Source of the DNA: Candidatus Hydrothermarchaeales archaeon
GTDB lineage: Archaea; Hydrothermarchaeota; Hydrothermarchaeia; Hydrothermarchaeales; JAZGAD01
Reading direction: 5' to 3'
Assembly (NCBI GenBank): GCA_036444275.1
Contig: JAZGAD010000013.1
Coordinates: 1-23,819 of the forward strand
DNA length: 23,819 bases
In this document: positions 1 through 8,706 of the stretch, piece by piece
Numbering within the stretch: the stretch's first letter is position 1
Layout of the letters: the number at the start of each line of letters is the position of its first letter
Notes under the pieces: generated by a model
Database searches by the model: none
Seen by the model: the letters and a program-made list of their open reading frames with translations, nothing else
What the model was told of the DNA's origin: nothing
Translations under genes and position numbers: made by a program

Positions 1-925
1 TAAACACCCACGTCTCTCTACTGGGCTTTAGCTTCGATATCTCTAAGATCTCGTCCCTGCTGCAGTGGGGGCATCCAATACAGACAATATCTACATCTCC
101 ATCGCAGGTGTTCAGAGAATCACTTGCGTCTGCCAGCTCCTTTCTGCCCAGAACTAGCTTTTCTACCTTTTCCTCTTTGCAGTCTGGCGTAACTCCCTCG
201 ACGTGGAACATGGATATGCCACCGGTTGCCAAGGCCGCGCCTAGAACCTTCATCTCATCCATGCTAGGCCGTATACCCTTGAAGATAGGGATTCCGTTCA
301 TCTTCGCAACGTGATAGCCCATGGCAGAGTACCCCCAAGCCCCTCGGAGCTCTTCCTCGACCTCAACAATGAAGGTTCCCCTCCTGTTTTCTTCAAGGTG
401 AAGTCCATAACATGGGATCTTTCCCAGCATGGCCGCTGCTAAGGCAGAGATGCCGCTCTCCCGGTTCGTACGCGCTCCCAAAACAGAATTGGCGAATGCC
501 ACTGCACTCGATTCTGCCCATGCTATATCCGCTCCATATGTAGGCTGGTTCCCAGCCAGGTAGGGCGTGCATGTACAGCTCTTTTGGACGCCCATCTTGT
601 GATATACATCTATTATCTCCTTCTGCTTCTCAGCGAAAGCTCTTGGAAAACCTAGTTCTTGCCATGCCTCAAGGTCTACTCCAGCTGGATTAGAAGTAGT
701 TGGAACCCTAACTTTTGTGCCAGTTGCCGCCCACTCATGAAGCAGCTCTAAGCCAGCCTCTCCAATAGTCTTATAGGATACCCCTGACACATGGGCGCTG
801 GCGATAGATACTAAGCCTGAAGCGTCCTTGATGTCCCCTAGCGCGACGAGAAGCTCCATTGCTCTACGCAGCCCGTCTCCACTCTCGCCTTCTAGGATTC
901 CTTCCTCTTCCTTTGTAAGATACAT
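1..925 (-). CDS. Aconitase X catalytic subunit (phosphomevalonate dehydratase large subunit-like); 3' end lies outside the window
   Basis: Not in the ORF track because it runs off the edge. Manual translation from ATG at 925 gives MYLTKEEEGILEGESGDGLRRAMELLVALGDIKDASGLVSIASAHVSGVSYKTIGEAGLE, later SCTCTPYL, AESSAVAFANSVLGARTNRESG and GCPHCS, typical of AcnX/DUF521. Lies directly downstream of the UbiD-family gene. Confidence 0.9.
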   Translation of the reverse strand, partial: MYLTKEEEGILEGESGDGLRRAMELLVALGDIKDASGLVSIASAHVSGVSYKTIGEAGLELLHEWAATGTKVRVPTTSNPAGVDLEAWQELGFPRAFAEKQKEIIDVYHKMGVQKSCTCTPYLAGNQPTYGADIAWAESSAVAFANSVLGARTNRESGISALAAAMLGKIPCYGLHLEENRRGTFIVEVEEELRGAWGYSAMGYHVAKMNGIPIFKGIRPSMDEMKVLGAALATGGISMFHVEGVTPDCKEEKVEKLVLGRKELADASDSLNTCDGDVDIVCIGCPHCSRDEILEISKLKPSRETWVF

Positions 926-967
926 ATTCCTACCTAGATATCAAATTTTAAATGCCTATTCCTCTCC

Positions 968-2221
968 CTATATGGACGCTCTCTCGAAGGTGCCCTTCTT
1001 ATCAAGCGGCTTCGTGGCATCCAAGCCTACTTTTGTAGTAATACTATTATGTGCACTTGGATCAAGAGAGGAGCCCTTCACATTTTTAAACATGGTTATA
1101 TCTCTATCAGCCTGAAATCTCGTTGCCAAAGCGAGCTCCACGTCAGTGGAATCAAAGATGTCTATGTCTTCGTCGACTATTACCACGTGCTTCATGCTGG
1201 GATGAGCCTCAAAGGCAGCGGCTATGGCTTTCCTGGCATCCTCGTCTCCCTGTTTCTCGATAGCTACAACGCCGTGCAACCAGTTTGCACCTCCCTCGGT
1301 GAGGCAGACATTACTCGCCTTCGCTACCTTGGCAACACCTGCGTAGATGCTGGGCTCTCTAGGCATGCCCATGAATATCTTATGCTCCTTGCTAGAAGGT
1401 AAGAGAGCGTGGTAGATGGCGTTCTTCCTGTGTGAGACACAGCTTATCTCGACTACAGGTTGCTGCCTAGCGATATCATAGGTGCCGGTTATATCAACGA
1501 ATGGACCCTCTTCTACCCTTTCGTTCGGCAGTATCCTGCCCTCTATGACGATCTCAGCAGAACTTGGCACTTTTAGGTCTACGGTCTTGCACTTAGCAAG
1601 CTCCAAGGGCTTATCTAAGAGGGCTGACGCCAATCTGAACTCGTCGTAGCCTAATGGTACGGAGTAGGACGCAGAGTACAACACGAGGGGATGCACGCCT
1701 AGGGCAATAGCTACCTCCAAGGGCTTTCCATTCTCCTCGGCCTTCTTGTGGTACAGATACAGGTGCCTTTCCACCAGTCTTATGGCAACGTGTTCCTCAT
1801 CGAGCACTTGGAAACGGTGGACCGAGACGTTCCTTCCGTATTCAGGGTCTCTGGCTATCACTATGCCCGCTGTTATGAATTTCCCGGCGTCGCCCTTGAA
1901 ATGATGAAGTATGGGTAGTGCACTCAGGCCCTTCTCTTTTACTTCATGACAGCTTTCATCATCGCTCAGTATTGGCTCTACTGGTTTCCCAACGGCTTCG
2001 AGCACTCTGCCTATGTAGCCCCCTTTGTCGGTGCCAAGAGCAGAACAGAGACGCTCTCTCGTAGGGCAGAGGTTGCCGACAGCTTTCAAGCTACTGTCCT
2101 TGCAGTTCTCGAAGAAGACCGTCTTTTCTGGGTTTTCGTGTAGGATTTTCGCCATCTCCAGATATGGGGAGACCTCCCCTTTAATGACGATCTCCTTTTT
2201 GAGAAACCCCTTCAGGTCCAT
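968..2221 (-). CDS. UbiD-family prFMN-dependent decarboxylase, probably trans-anhydromevalonate phosphate decarboxylase
   Basis: 417 aa with RNVSVHR, EIVIEG, EEGPFVDITGTY, VDEDIDIFD and GSSLDPS motifs. Context with acnX and ubiX. Confidence 0.9.
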   Translation of the reverse strand: MDLKGFLKKEIVIKGEVSPYLEMAKILHENPEKTVFFENCKDSSLKAVGNLCPTRERLCSALGTDKGGYIGRVLEAVGKPVEPILSDDESCHEVKEKGLSALPILHHFKGDAGKFITAGIVIARDPEYGRNVSVHRFQVLDEEHVAIRLVERHLYLYHKKAEENGKPLEVAIALGVHPLVLYSASYSVPLGYDEFRLASALLDKPLELAKCKTVDLKVPSSAEIVIEGRILPNERVEEGPFVDITGTYDIARQQPVVEISCVSHRKNAIYHALLPSSKEHKIFMGMPREPSIYAGVAKVAKASNVCLTEGGANWLHGVVAIEKQGDEDARKAIAAAFEAHPSMKHVVIVDEDIDIFDSTDVELALATRFQADRDITMFKNVKGSSLDPSAHNSITTKVGLDATKPLDKKGTFERASI

Positions 2222-2329
2222 GGCTTAATACTTGTACGAGGAGTTATTTAAATATCCTGGGAGCTGATTTTAAGCCCGGCAGACCTGATTTGGACCCTCG
2301 CTGAAACTTCCGAAGTCACAGGACCCCCA

Positions 2330-2635
2330 TCATTCTGCCCTGACAGAGACTTCCATGGTATCCGGATCGAACTTTATCTTCACCTTCGCCCCTAGCTTGA
2401 ATATAGTCTTGAGCTCTTTGGGGAATGTCACGCCGATGGAGTTCCCGATCTTCACCACGGTCCTCTCTTCCTCGATGTCTTTTAAGAACTTCTTCTGGAG
2501 TTTAATGGCGTCGTCTAGGTTTATCAAGGACTTTCCGCAGGTGGGACAAGTGTAGATTAGGACCTTCTCTCCGAGACGAGTTTCCCTTTTTTCTTCCATT
2601 TCAGTTTCGCAATCTCCACACTTCATACTATCCAA
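2330..2635 (-). CDS. Zn-ribbon plus AbrB/MazE-domain protein, putative antitoxin or regulator
   Basis: N-terminal CGDC...CPTC (YgiT/MqsA-like Zn ribbon); C-terminal VVKIGNSIGVTFPKEL matches the AbrB/SpoVT swapped-hairpin signature. The start may be the ATG at 2626. Confidence 0.75.
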   Translation of the reverse strand: MDSMKCGDCETEMEEKRETRLGEKVLIYTCPTCGKSLINLDDAIKLQKKFLKDIEEERTVVKIGNSIGVTFPKELKTIFKLGAKVKIKFDPDTMEVSVRAE

Positions 2636-2900
2636 ACTTCCTTTTCTTTGTCGTTATGCCCACGGTCACAGGCTCGATATACTCGTCCCTATCATAGAAT
2701 ATGACATAGATGACTTTCTTCTTGATCGACAAGACGGCACGGTATTTCCTCTTGCCTTCTCTGTATATCTCGCCGTAGAGGATTGCGTCCTTAGCTTTCT
2801 CAAAGTTCACTCTGTAGATGTTCCTCATTACAAAGTGTTCAATGTCTGCAAGTATGGGCTTCTTTCTGAGTTTCTCAGCCTCGCCTTCATCGAGCTTCAT
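2628..2900 (-). CDS. Small basic protein, putative toxin (DUF4258/BrnT/RelE-like)
   Basis: 90 aa, basic, with an early His (IEHF), AILYGEI and C-terminal beta-strands (VIYVIFY, IEPVTV). Coupled to the downstream AbrB gene. Family call is inference. Confidence 0.55.
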   Translation of the reverse strand: MKLDEGEAEKLRKKPILADIEHFVMRNIYRVNFEKAKDAILYGEIYREGKRKYRAVLSIKKKVIYVIFYDRDEYIEPVTVGITTKKRKFG

Positions 2901-2914
2901 TGAAAACCACTTCT

Positions 2915-2960
2915 GTTATAACAACTAATTATAACTAGTAATTATAACTAGTATAAAAAT
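2915..2960 (-). promoter_or_regulatory. TATA box plus tandem 13-bp operator-like repeats
   Basis: TTATAAC at 2916, 2929 and 2942; AATTATAACTAGT is exactly duplicated (2927-2939, 2940-2952); TTTTTATA on the minus strand at 2952-2959. Confidence 0.6.
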
Positions 2961-3042
2961 ATTGTGTAGAGTAGAACATACGGAACAGGAGACTTCTTTC
3001 CTCACCCAGTCCACTAATCTTTTTTTACTCTCTGGAAAAGTT

Positions 3043-3579
3043 CTATGGACCTCCCCATCTGGTGAAGAGATCATTCTCTATATCCAGAACATCTAGAATC
3101 TTACCTACGATGAAGTCCACTAAGTCCTCTATGTTTTTTGGATTGTGATAGAAGGCGGGCATAGCCGGAAGTATCGTTACCCCAAGCCTCGAGAGCTTCA
3201 GCATATTCTCTAAGTGTATAGCATTGAGTGGTGTTTCTCGTGGCACTATGACTAACTTTCTCCCCTCCTTGATGACCACATCAGCGCTTCTTGTTATGAG
3301 ATTAGAAGCCAGACCATTGGCGATCGCTGCTAGGGTCTTCATGCTGCACGGCGCTATAACCATAGCATCTATATGATGCGAGCCGCTGGAAAAGGGAGCC
3401 TCTATATCTTCTTCACTATAGCACTTCTCTTTTGTTTCGAGTTCGTGAGCTACTATCTTCTTGGCTGCATCAGAGAGGATACAGCTCACATCTATCCCCT
3501 TTTCCCCGAGGACTTCAAGTAAGCGGAACCCATAAACTACACCACTGGCACCGGTTATCGCCACCAAGATCCTAGGCAT
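3043..3579 (-). CDS. ubiX: Flavin prenyltransferase UbiX
   Basis: ITGASG, SSGS, IAPCSMKTLAAIANG, RETPL and PAFY motifs. Confidence 0.95.
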   Translation of the reverse strand: MPRILVAITGASGVVYGFRLLEVLGEKGIDVSCILSDAAKKIVAHELETKEKCYSEEDIEAPFSSGSHHIDAMVIAPCSMKTLAAIANGLASNLITRSADVVIKEGRKLVIVPRETPLNAIHLENMLKLSRLGVTILPAMPAFYHNPKNIEDLVDFIVGKILDVLDIENDLFTRWGGP

Positions 3580-3650
3580 CTCTTATCTCCTTCTTTTCTC
3601 TATTCAAACGGTTATCTTTAATATATTAATCTCTATTTATTATTAAGAAA

Positions 3651-4490
3651 ATGCAAACTGAAATCGAGGTAAAGCAGGTGGATCTAGGGAAATCTATTCT
3701 TATAGTCCTATTGGCCATCCTGTTAGGCTATGCTGCATTCACATATCTGGCTGAGCCTAAAATAGCGGTGATACAACTCAGCGGAACCATAGACAGGACA
3801 ACAACAGATAACACCGTAGCAATGCTGAGATACGCTAAAGATAGGGATGCCGTGAAAGCAGTAGTTTTGAGAATTAATAGCCCCGGTGGGAGTGCTTCCT
3901 TAAGCGAGGAGATATACATGCATGTGGTCTCCCTGAAAAAAGAGAAACCAGTAGTAGCGTCCATAGACCAGATAGGCGCAAGCGGCTCATATTACGCAGC
4001 TATAGGGAGCAATATTATCTATGCGAAGCCCACCTCAATAGTCGGGAGCGTTGGAGTAGTAACTAGACTGCCATCTCCAGAGGAGCTGGATGAAGATAGC
4101 CTTACTTCAGGCCCCTTGAAAGAGCTAGGAACTACACGCAGGGATTGGGCATATCAGGCGCAGGAAGCTGCCGAGACATTTCTCAAGTCAGTCATACTTG
4201 AGAGAGGGGGCAAGCTCAAGATTACTGAAGAGGAGCTGGCCAGCGGCGGGATATACATAGGCACAAAGGCATGGAGACTTGGTTTAGTAGACAAGATCGG
4301 TTCCACTGAGGATGCGCTGGATGCAGCTGCAGACCTAGCCGGTCTCAGGAGGTATTCGATAGTGGATGTGAATGAGGAGCTAGATATCAAGGAGCCCATC
4401 GCCGTCTTCCAGGTGAACGAGAGCGCATTGGAAACTAGCAACACTGCTCCGGTGCATTACTTCTTGTACCTAGCGAGGGCGGAGCGATGA
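3651..4490 (+). CDS. sppA: S49-family signal peptide peptidase SppA (short form), membrane anchored
   Basis: N-terminal TM helix; LRINSPGGS, GASGSYY (catalytic Ser region), VGSVGV, SGPLK (Lys) and GLVDKIG. Confidence 0.85.
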   Translation: MQTEIEVKQVDLGKSILIVLLAILLGYAAFTYLAEPKIAVIQLSGTIDRTTTDNTVAMLRYAKDRDAVKAVVLRINSPGGSASLSEEIYMHVVSLKKEKPVVASIDQIGASGSYYAAIGSNIIYAKPTSIVGSVGVVTRLPSPEELDEDSLTSGPLKELGTTRRDWAYQAQEAAETFLKSVILERGGKLKITEEELASGGIYIGTKAWRLGLVDKIGSTEDALDAAADLAGLRRYSIVDVNEELDIKEPIAVFQVNESALETSNTAPVHYFLYLARAER

Positions 4491-5869
4491 AGAAGATCAC
4501 TGCTTTCATTGTGGTTTTAGCACTGGCTATTTTAGTCCAAGTCCTATTCCATTACCACGGCTTCTACTCGCCCCCTCCTATGGGAAAGCTGGACTTCAGG
4601 GAGATCAGCGTGCTTAAGGCTCCATCCAAAGAGTTCCGGGATGAATTCCTTGTAGGCAGGGGGACAGTGCTCTTTGACTTCGCCCATGAGAACAACGTCG
4701 AGTTAGACGACCTTAATGTACTGATCTCTAGGGTAGCTGCCAGGGGGTACTCAGTAGAATACCTAGAGGATGCTGAAGACCTAAAGGAGAAGCTTAAATA
4801 TGCTAATTCCTTTGTCGTGGTCTCGCCTAGCGAAACCTATTCGCAGCATGAAAGGAACCTAGTAGAGAAATTCGTGGAGAAGAAAGGCAAGCTCCTCTTA
4901 ATCCAAGACCCCTCGCGAAAAGGATTTATAAATACTCTAGCTGTGGAATTCGATCTCTTCTTCGACAGCGGCTACCTCTACAACCAGGTGGAGAATGACG
5001 GCAACTATCAATATATCTTCCTAGAAGACTTTCCATACGACGAGATAACAGATGGGCTGGATAAGGTCGCCTTCTATGCCGCTTCTCCTATTACAGCTCA
5101 GGGTAAGGCTTTAGCTTTTACCAGTGAGAACACCTATTCTTCTATCAGGCCTAAGCAGAAGTTCACGCCTATCGTTCTAACAGGGGGTAATGTCCTAGCC
5201 ATAGGCGACATGACCTTTATGATGGAGCCCTATAACTCTGTCTACGATAACAACCGCTTGGTCTCTAACATAGCAGATTTCCTGACAAGTGAAGGTAGAG
5301 TATTCCATGTGGACGATTATCCATACTACTTGGGGGGAGAGTACTTCGTGATATACTCCGAGGAATCCCTTCTAGGTGATGGGATAAAGCTGAAAAACCT
5401 CTTGGGTAAAAAAGCTAGGCTTAGACAGATAGATCCAGAATTCAACGATGCCCTCATCCTGGGATCCTACGACACTTCCGGCGTGGGGAAATATCTAAAG
5501 GACGCAGGTGTATCCATAAATAACGAAATCATAGTCGGGGGTATTGGAGCTTTAGAGAAGGAAGGAAGCTTCTTGATTGCCTTAACCTCAGAGGAAGGGA
5601 GAAATGTACTGCTTGTGCTAGGCGATGATGAAGACGGGGTAGAGGAAGCTATCGATGCGCTAGACGAATTAGAGGAGAATCTGCTGACGAATTTCTTAGT
5701 ATATTCCGCATACGCGCCGGGAAAGGAACCGGAGAATGTATCTGTGGCGCCAGAGGCTGAAGTTGAAGCTGAAGAAGAGGTGCCTGTTAATGAAACCTCT
5801 GGAGAACTTGAAGAAGTGAAGGTAGTGATTGGGAAGGGCGAGAAAGAAGTTGTGGTTTATATTAGGTAA
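4487..5869 (+). CDS. Membrane-anchored extracellular protein with a DUF4350/GldG(GIFT)-like domain and an acidic tail
   Basis: N-terminal hydrophobic anchor; VLFDFAHEN, FVEKKGKLLLIQD, VLAIGD and DNNRLVSNIADFL resemble GATase-like GIFT/DUF4350 domains. ATGA overlap with sppA. Confidence 0.55.
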   Translation: MKKITAFIVVLALAILVQVLFHYHGFYSPPPMGKLDFREISVLKAPSKEFRDEFLVGRGTVLFDFAHENNVELDDLNVLISRVAARGYSVEYLEDAEDLKEKLKYANSFVVVSPSETYSQHERNLVEKFVEKKGKLLLIQDPSRKGFINTLAVEFDLFFDSGYLYNQVENDGNYQYIFLEDFPYDEITDGLDKVAFYAASPITAQGKALAFTSENTYSSIRPKQKFTPIVLTGGNVLAIGDMTFMMEPYNSVYDNNRLVSNIADFLTSEGRVFHVDDYPYYLGGEYFVIYSEESLLGDGIKLKNLLGKKARLRQIDPEFNDALILGSYDTSGVGKYLKDAGVSINNEIIVGGIGALEKEGSFLIALTSEEGRNVLLVLGDDEDGVEEAIDALDELEENLLTNFLVYSAYAPGKEPENVSVAPEAEVEAEEEVPVNETSGELEEVKVVIGKGEKEVVVYIR

Positions 5870-6052
5870 GGTTTTGCTGATTTTCAGATTGGTGTTAAAC
5901 GGTTCTGTTAAATTTAAGGTTGATGTTCAACACGGTTGGTAAGAGTTCAGTTGGTGGTTCTGATAAGGTTTATTAAGAGCGGTAATGGATTCTTTGTGTA
6001 GAGGAAAAATAAAGGGAGTACCAGAAAAGTGGGGTCTATCAGAGATGGGTTA

Positions 6053-6547
6053 ATGAAGATAAGTATTTCCCTAACTCTTTTTATATTGTACGCTTTTGTT
6101 CAAGCAAAATATCTTCATACTGAATTTAAGTATTGGTATTCCCCTTTTTTGTATATAATAATACCAATTCTTCCATGGTCGAACAAAATTTTTTATTATA
6201 CGCCTGGGTTTTTAAAAGAGTTTTTTAAAGAGGAAGGCTTAACTAGAAGATCAACCATTTTAGGTACTTTTTGGGGGTTTATTAGTTTCTGGTTAATTCC
6301 AAGGACTATTAGTGGTGGAACGACATTAGAGTTTTGGATTCAAAAATTTCCTGATATTGTACAAATTCCTTTATCTCTACCATCTTATGTCCTGTTCAAA
6401 GTTGGTTTAATGGACTTTTTCCAGGGTGGTTGTACCGATGCATGTTTTCATATGATAATACTGATACCAGTATTCATATTAATTTCAGCCATGTTAGGTG
6501 CCTCTATAGGTTACGGAATTTCTAAAATTTACCTCAAGGTGAAATAG
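6053..6547 (+). CDS. Hypothetical multi-pass membrane protein (AT-rich)
   Basis: ORF with several hydrophobic segments. ATG at 6053 preferred over GTG at 6029. Confidence 0.6.
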   Translation: MKISISLTLFILYAFVQAKYLHTEFKYWYSPFLYIIIPILPWSNKIFYYTPGFLKEFFKEEGLTRRSTILGTFWGFISFWLIPRTISGGTTLEFWIQKFPDIVQIPLSLPSYVLFKVGLMDFFQGGCTDACFHMIILIPVFILISAMLGASIGYGISKIYLKVK

Positions 6548-6860
6548 ATGAAGATATGGAAGAAGTGGGCTATAATAGGTGGAGTTTGGGGGTTTAGTTA
6601 GTTTTTTTGGCAGTTTTGCCATAGGATGTGGAGAGGAACGTAATTTGTTATTTCATGAAAAAATTATATTCCTTCCTATGGAAGTTGTAGTTATTTTTGG
6701 TGAAACACTCTTTAGGCTGGGAATCATTAATTTTCTCAGAACTATTTCTAGACTTCTTGCGTATCTTCTTTTCCCTATTCTTAATCCGATCACACTTTCT
6801 ATCCTTTTTGGTGTTGGCATAGGCATAATTATTGGCTCTTTGATTGAAAAATACAAGTAA
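6548..6860 (+). pseudogene. Membrane protein paralogous to the C-terminal half of the upstream gene, with a +1 frameshift near 6588-6598
   Basis: ATG at 6548 directly follows the upstream stop and reads MKIWKKWAIIGGVWGFS-stop. Removing one base near the G5 run (6588-6592) joins it to the 6579..6860 frame (LVSFFGSFAIG...). Confidence 0.55.
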
Positions 6861-6875
6861 AAGAAAAAATTAGAG

Positions 6876-6895
6876 GTAGGAGTCTAAACTCCTAT
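6876..6895. terminator. Hairpin between convergent genes
   Basis: TAGGAGT-ctaa-ACTCCTA, a 7-bp stem, preceded by an A-run (U-run on the minus strand). Confidence 0.35.
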
Positions 6896-7011
6896 TCTCC
6901 AACAATCTCCTAGCTAACTTCTCCTTATCACCGTTCCTAGCCCTCATGCTCTGCCTTATCAACTCCTCCCCTTTCTTTTCACCAAGACCAGGGTATACCA
7001 ACTTCCCACGC

Positions 7012-8235
7012 TTAGGACATTAAGTAAGATTCCAATCGCTCACATACCTGCGAGACCTTCTCTACGTTTTCCCTTGGGGTGTATACTCCGAAGCTCCACT
7101 GACTCTTCTGAGCATCCATCAATATATCCATCAGAGGAGATAGCTCTTTTATCTTGAAGACCTCTCCATCTTTAACTACTAGGGTCTCAAGTTCCTGGTA
7201 GACAGGAAGGGGAGGAATATCCAGTATCAGGTACCCTTCTTCTAAACCGCACTCACCAGCGATATCGGCTTCTAGAGCACGCCACCTTGAGACTTCCTGT
7301 CTAAGATTTAAGAGTGCATCCCTCATCTGCGGATCGACATCCCGCCACTCACCGACGTACGCCCTTTTAAAGAGCTTCCTTGCGTCCAGCCTAGCACCCA
7401 TCTCCTCTATATAGCCAGAAGCGCCCCTAAGGAGGCACATTGCATCATGGTCATCCATTTCGTAGAGGCTTCTACAATCAACGAGCCCGTCGCTTATCGC
7501 TCGCTCCATAGCCCTAAGGAACATGGCGTCAGCTATCCTGCTGGCATGATGCAAATATACAGTCGGTGTCATCAAAAACCTAGCTACCATCAGCGCTTCT
7601 ACTGCCTGAAGTCCACCCTCTGTTATCACGATGGAGTCCTCGAATACTTGTAGGGTATTTACGAGGCGGTCCAGGTCTATTACACCGTAGGCAACACCCG
7701 TATGGTGGGCATCCCTCACCAAGAAGTCCATTCTATCCACATCGAATTCACTGGATATGAGCTTCCCGAGATAGCCACCTCGCCCCATGATCAACTCACC
7801 TACTTCCTCAGGCTTCAAGCCTCCTTCCATCAACCTCTTTGATATGCCTGCACCACGAACCACATCCATAGTTACCTCCTCGTGGCTCATACCCATGTAA
7901 CGCTCCAAGAGCTCCTCTGACGTGTGGGAGAGCGGTCCATGCCCTAGGTCATGGAGGAGTGCCGCCATCCTTATCTTGTTCTTCTCGTCTATTGCTAGCT
8001 CCAGCTTGTCAGCGATCCTGCCAGCAAGATGCAGAGCGCCTATAGAATGCTCGAACCTTGTGTGATTCGCACTTGGATAGACTAAGTTGGTCATTCCCAA
8101 CTGCTTGATCCTCCTGAGCCTCTGAAACTCAGGCGAATCTACAACACTCATCTCTAGATCGGTGAGAAACACATCACCGTGCACTGGATCTCTAATAACC
8201 TTCGTCTTTCCCGGTCCTAACGCACTGTCGCTCAT
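7012..8235 (-). CDS. HD-domain phosphohydrolase (COG1078, dNTPase/SAMHD1-like)
   Basis: IRDPVHG, FQRLRRIKQLG, HTRFEHSIG, ALLHDLGHGPLSH, DVDRMDFLVRD and VYLHH. Confidence 0.92.
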   Translation of the reverse strand: MSDSALGPGKTKVIRDPVHGDVFLTDLEMSVVDSPEFQRLRRIKQLGMTNLVYPSANHTRFEHSIGALHLAGRIADKLELAIDEKNKIRMAALLHDLGHGPLSHTSEELLERYMGMSHEEVTMDVVRGAGISKRLMEGGLKPEEVGELIMGRGGYLGKLISSEFDVDRMDFLVRDAHHTGVAYGVIDLDRLVNTLQVFEDSIVITEGGLQAVEALMVARFLMTPTVYLHHASRIADAMFLRAMERAISDGLVDCRSLYEMDDHDAMCLLRGASGYIEEMGARLDARKLFKRAYVGEWRDVDPQMRDALLNLRQEVSRWRALEADIAGECGLEEGYLILDIPPLPVYQELETLVVKDGEVFKIKELSPLMDILMDAQKSQWSFGVYTPRENVEKVSQVCERLESYLMS

Positions 8236-8246
8236 CTAATAGCACC

Positions 8247-8651
8247 TCATTCTCCTATTACCTGAAGCATTACCTCTCTCTTCCTCGGTCCATCAAATTC
8301 AGCGAGGAAGACCCTCTGCCAGGTTCCCAACTGCAGTCTACCCTTGTATATGGGAATTGATTTGCTGCCTCCGCATAGGACTGCGCGTAGATGCGAATCG
8401 GCATTATCATCTATACGGTCGTGCTCATATCCAGAGCCCTTTGGCGCTAGAGTATCGAATAATCTCTCCAAGTCCCTCAATAATCCCGTTTCGTTCTCAT
8501 TGATTATTACTCCCGTAGTAGTGTGCCTTGTATAGATGTTTAATAACCCTTCTTTTACTCCTGCTTCACCCACGAATTTCTCGACTTCCCCAGTGAGGTC
8601 GAGGAATTGCGTCTTCCTCTTGGTATTTACTGATAGAATCTTGGACGCCAT
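8247..8651 (-). CDS. yjbQ: YjbQ/UPF0047 family protein (secondary thiamine-phosphate synthase-like)
   Basis: HTTTGVIINENE, NADSHLRA and LGTWQRVFLAEFDGPR. Start moved to the ATG at 8651 to avoid overlapping thrS. Confidence 0.9.
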   Translation of the reverse strand: MASKILSVNTKRKTQFLDLTGEVEKFVGEAGVKEGLLNIYTRHTTTGVIINENETGLLRDLERLFDTLAPKGSGYEHDRIDDNADSHLRAVLCGGSKSIPIYKGRLQLGTWQRVFLAEFDGPRKREVMLQVIGE

Positions 8652-8706
8652 CTCCAGCCCAATAAGTTTATAATCATAGATTGATTTAAGTTTTGCCGGT
8701 GCTGCA

